This document shows positions 25,866-28,506 of a DNA stretch of 28,506 nt, one piece after another. The stretch comes from a virus. Taxonomy: Duplodnaviria > Caudoviricetes. The notes beneath the pieces were generated by a model. The model did not search any database and had not been told where the DNA came from. It worked only from the letters and a program-made list of their open reading frames with translations. Positions within the stretch are counted from its first letter, which is position 1. The number at the start of each line of letters is the position of its first letter. The stretch lies in IMG/VR virus record IMGVR_UViG_3300044259_000020, positions 1-28,506 of that record. One strand, given 5' to 3'. Made by a program: the position numbers and the translations under genes.

Positions 25866-25949
25866 CGGCTGGGCTCTATGGGAGTGATCGCTATCCCATT
25901 GGTTTGCAGCCTAAGCGATTTATCTGCAAGTAGAGCCCATGCGGTTGTG
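25860..25949 (-). ncRNA. branched hairpin preceding C4-like copy 1
   Basis: CACAACCG/CGGTTGTG and GGGCTCTA/TAGAGCCC stems with two internal hairpins. Confidence 0.5.
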
Positions 25950-25974
25950 TGCTCCGTATAGCCGGAGCAACGCT

Positions 25975-26049
25975 GTTGTGGTGGCCGGTGCCCCGGCTAG
26001 CTGTCGTCCGGCGCAAGCCGGCTGCTTTATGCTTTGCATTCACCACAAC
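25975..26049 (-). ncRNA. C4 antisense-like RNA, copy 2
   Basis: GTTGTGGTGAATG...AGCCGG-GGCA-CCGGCCACCACAAC; same termini as copy 1, different interior. Confidence 0.55.
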
Positions 26050-26125
26050 GATGAGGACGCTCGGCATAGAGTGTCTACCCCTCGGCGCCAGCTGGTTGAT
26101 AGAAAACCGTGCGCCCTCATCGTTG
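26046..26125 (-). ncRNA. long hairpin preceding C4-like copy 2
   Basis: CAACGATGAGGACGC / GCGCCCTCATCGTTG inverted repeat. Confidence 0.5.
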
Positions 26126-26238
26126 AGGTCTGGCGGGGCGCAACTCCCGCCAGATTATTACGTGTTTAAGCCATGCCAATCATCAGTGTGCCGACAAGTC
26201 GGTAAGTTGATGAAGTTGAGGTCCAAGCCTCGAAATCA

Positions 26239-26266
26239 ATATTAGCGAATCATTCCACAACGTCAA
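26239..26266 (-). promoter_or_regulatory. sigma70-like promoter facing the RNA array
   Basis: TTGACG-N16-TAATAT. Confidence 0.5.
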
Positions 26267-26272
26267 CCAGCA

Positions 26273-26626
26273 TCACAAACTAATTTGCTGTCCATGCTTG
26301 CGGGTAATCAGCGACATCCAAACCTTGTCTACCTCAAACCCAGGTGAGTGAGTAACGACAGGCTTAAGATCTCGAACTTCAATGACACGCACCGAAGCTG
26401 CACGGGTTCGTCCCTCTTTAACCATACGGCGCTCAACAACATATCGTCCTGACATGTGCAGCTTACACAGCGCCAGTGATATGCGATATGGCGTGGTCTC
26501 GCCATCGGTGAATCTCATACCGGCATGATAGCACTCCTTGGCAGTAAGAGACCCACCGTGCTGGTGGATGAAGCGAGCAACCTGCTCGACCATGCTGTTT
26601 TCCGTTCTGCTGTTTGCCATTATCAT
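26273..26626 (-). CDS. hypothetical basic protein, possibly winged-helix DNA-binding
   Basis: TGATG coupling to exonuclease stop; helix pattern is only suggestive. Confidence 0.65.
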   Translation of the reverse strand: MIMANSRTENSMVEQVARFIHQHGGSLTAKECYHAGMRFTDGETTPYRISLALCKLHMSGRYVVERRMVKEGRTRAASVRVIEVRDLKPVVTHSPGFEVDKVWMSLITRKHGQQISL

Positions 26627-27303
26627 CACCGCCATTGGTCGCCAAAAGTAAAGCCAAGTCGAGCAAGTTGCTCATCCATTTCAGATATGAATTTAGGGAT
26701 CTCTTCATCAAACCTAGCCATGACTTCAGGATCTCGATGCTGTGGAATCACGACAAGTCTATTCTCTGGTTTGCCACGCATACGCCAATCAAACGAACAA
26801 AAATCCCAGCGTTCGTAACCGGTCACCCACATGCTAAATTGGCACTGTGTCAGATATTCCGGCTTTATGGCTCCATTCAAAAGAGTGTCAAGATGCACCT
26901 GAGTTGTGAATGGGTTCTTTATCTCAAGCCCAATCCCGTCCATGATCCCATCAGGAGAGATCCCGCAACGCATTGAGCTGTCCATGTAAATAAGGCCGCA
27001 CGTGTTTACGCATGCGAAGTTGAGAGCCTCATATGCCTCACGAGCAAGCGGCTCGTTTTCATGCCCCCACGCAGCCTGCTTGAACTGCGATTGCTCTGGT
27101 ATTACGCCAGTGGCAACCTGTCCTATAAGCTCCATCATGTAGCTCTTGCGAGCCTCTGAGTACGATCCTTTGCTGCGACTAGGCTTGATGATTTCATGGG
27201 CGCGGGATGCGGTGATTACGCCGCACCTGGCCGCTATCCACTCATCCGTGCCTTGCTCTAGGTCATAGACGTTAACGCCCGTAACTGAGTTGGTGTAAAT
27301 CAC
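26626..27303 (-). CDS. lambda exonuclease/YqaJ-family recombination exonuclease
   Basis: EQGTDEW..ARCGVITAS, WGHENEP.AR..YE, SPDG, LEIKNP, QCQFSMWVTG; GTG start overlapping recombinase stop. Confidence 0.92.
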   Translation of the reverse strand: MIYTNSVTGVNVYDLEQGTDEWIAARCGVITASRAHEIIKPSRSKGSYSEARKSYMMELIGQVATGVIPEQSQFKQAAWGHENEPLAREAYEALNFACVNTCGLIYMDSSMRCGISPDGIMDGIGLEIKNPFTTQVHLDTLLNGAIKPEYLTQCQFSMWVTGYERWDFCSFDWRMRGKPENRLVVIPQHRDPEVMARFDEEIPKFISEMDEQLARLGFTFGDQWR

Positions 27304-28163
27304 TTGCTTGCCTCCATCTTTTTGGCGACCCACCGGAGCTCATCATCTGTCATGACATCAAATGACTGGATCGGCTCGGGCAGCCGTCTTGCTTGGCTGA
27401 ACCAAGCGAAAAATTCCGCCTCAGTCCTTCCTTTCGCAGCAAGCGACTTCTTGATCGTCTCGACCGGGTTGACAATGACCTCAACCTGCTGCGCTTTCGT
27501 TTCAGTAAGGCCCTCGCCCCCGTCTGTGTTTAGGTGATCGATGGCGTGATCTAGTCGTTCGCAGCGCGGCCAGTATTTGCTGGCTCGCTTAACGATGGTC
27601 TTGCGTGCCATTTCATCCCACCACTTTTGCCAAGGGCCATTCTTCGCCTTGCTTGATAGTTCAACCTGCTTGATCTCCTGAAGGCTCATTTCCTCCGTGA
27701 GGTAGTCACCCTGAGCCGTCTTGACTGTGCAATAACCGCCAACCACGGAACCGCGATCACCAAAGGCGTTGTATTTGTGGGTTGGCGCGCGATCCAGGCC
27801 GTTTGACTCGTATGTGTCATTGGCATAAACCAGCTTGCACTGCCCCCACTGAATGGCTCCTGACGCCTGAGCCAAGTGCAGCAAACCAATGTAACTAATA
27901 TCCAGATGCACCCCGCCATCACGGGGAACCAGATAGGCAAGTTTTGCCGCCGGGTTGAGCGTAATGCCAATGGCAGCTACGTTAATGATCGCATTCTGTG
28001 CGCTGCTTGGGTTAGCCATGGCCACCTTTGCCAGGTAGTCGTTTTTCTGGAAAGCCTGGATGGCAAACTGCTGCTCTTTCGCCCAGGTTACCGACTGGTC
28101 TGAAAGGGCCTGATTAAACAGGCCAACTTGACTTCCGACAAACTCAATTACATCAAAGCTCAT
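27300..28163 (-). CDS. recT: RecT-family single-strand annealing recombinase
   Basis: GITLNPAAKLAYLVPR, LDISYIGL, GPW..WWDEMARKTIVKRASKYWP. Confidence 0.9.
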   Translation of the reverse strand: MSFDVIEFVGSQVGLFNQALSDQSVTWAKEQQFAIQAFQKNDYLAKVAMANPSSAQNAIINVAAIGITLNPAAKLAYLVPRDGGVHLDISYIGLLHLAQASGAIQWGQCKLVYANDTYESNGLDRAPTHKYNAFGDRGSVVGGYCTVKTAQGDYLTEEMSLQEIKQVELSSKAKNGPWQKWWDEMARKTIVKRASKYWPRCERLDHAIDHLNTDGGEGLTETKAQQVEVIVNPVETIKKSLAAKGRTEAEFFAWFSQARRLPEPIQSFDVMTDDELRWVAKKMEASK

Positions 28164-28168
28164 TTTGC

Positions 28169-28504
28169 TTACCCCATCATATCGCGATGCTCTGCCGCCT
28201 TTTCCTCTGCCTCTGTTTCGTTTTCTTCTCTGGCGTCATCCATGGCGGCAAGATGGTTGCTCCACTCTTCCATGGCAATCACTGAGATCAGATACGACTT
28301 GCAGATCACCTCAATGGCCCCTTGCGTCTGGCATGCACCAGCCTTGAATGCTGCGCAAAGCTGCTCTGACTCACGAGCGGACATATCGCCAAGCGCATCG
28401 GCAACGGTTACCACCTGGCCATGCGTGTCACACAAAGTTCCGTCGAGGAACGCTTGCCAGTTTGATTCAATCCAATCAGAGATAAACGCGGTTTTATTGT
28501 TCAT
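28169..28504 (-). CDS. hypothetical acidic protein (111 aa)
   Basis: ORF directly upstream of recT; start lies at window edge. Confidence 0.65.
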   Translation of the reverse strand: MNNKTAFISDWIESNWQAFLDGTLCDTHGQVVTVADALGDMSARESEQLCAAFKAGACQTQGAIEVICKSYLISVIAMEEWSNHLAAMDDAREENETEAEEKAAEHRDMMG

Positions 28505-28506
28505 GT

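Noticed and set aside
25939-26245. Plus-strand ORFs of 76 and 98 aa
   Set aside because: No convincing RBS or motifs; the sequence is better explained by RNA structure
25596-26266. tRNA genes or a CRISPR array
   Set aside because: No canonical TTCRA T-loop or anticodon arm; only two repeat units with structured interiors of unequal length; no cas genes

Overview
The whole window looks like part of a tailed dsDNA phage or prophage genome with a contractile (Myo-type) tail; a gammaproteobacterial host is inferred. Minus strand, right to left: a RecT-family recombinase plus lambda-Exo/YqaJ recombination module; about 700 bp of non-coding, densely structured DNA; terS, terL, portal and head morphogenesis protein; DUF2213 protease/scaffold, decoration protein and major capsid protein; neck genes; sheath, tube, chaperone with a predicted -1 frameshift and a short tape measure; baseplate; tail fibre and its chaperone. 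A plus-strand lysis cassette (holin-like, SAR-type endolysin, holin, Rz with embedded Rz1) converges on the tail genes. Two plus-strand accessory islands interrupt the late region (18758-20086 and 24326-25567, the latter with an HNH nuclease). The most notable unexplained signals are RNA-level: a tandem array of C4-antisense-like RNAs with interleaved hairpins and its own promoter (25596-26266), a structured leader ahead of the HNH gene, and a ~60-nt candidate sRNA at the left edge with 12-nt complementarity to the RBS of a frameshifted phage gene. No integrase, repressor, tRNA or CRISPR array was seen. All family names come from motif recognition and synteny, not from database searches.
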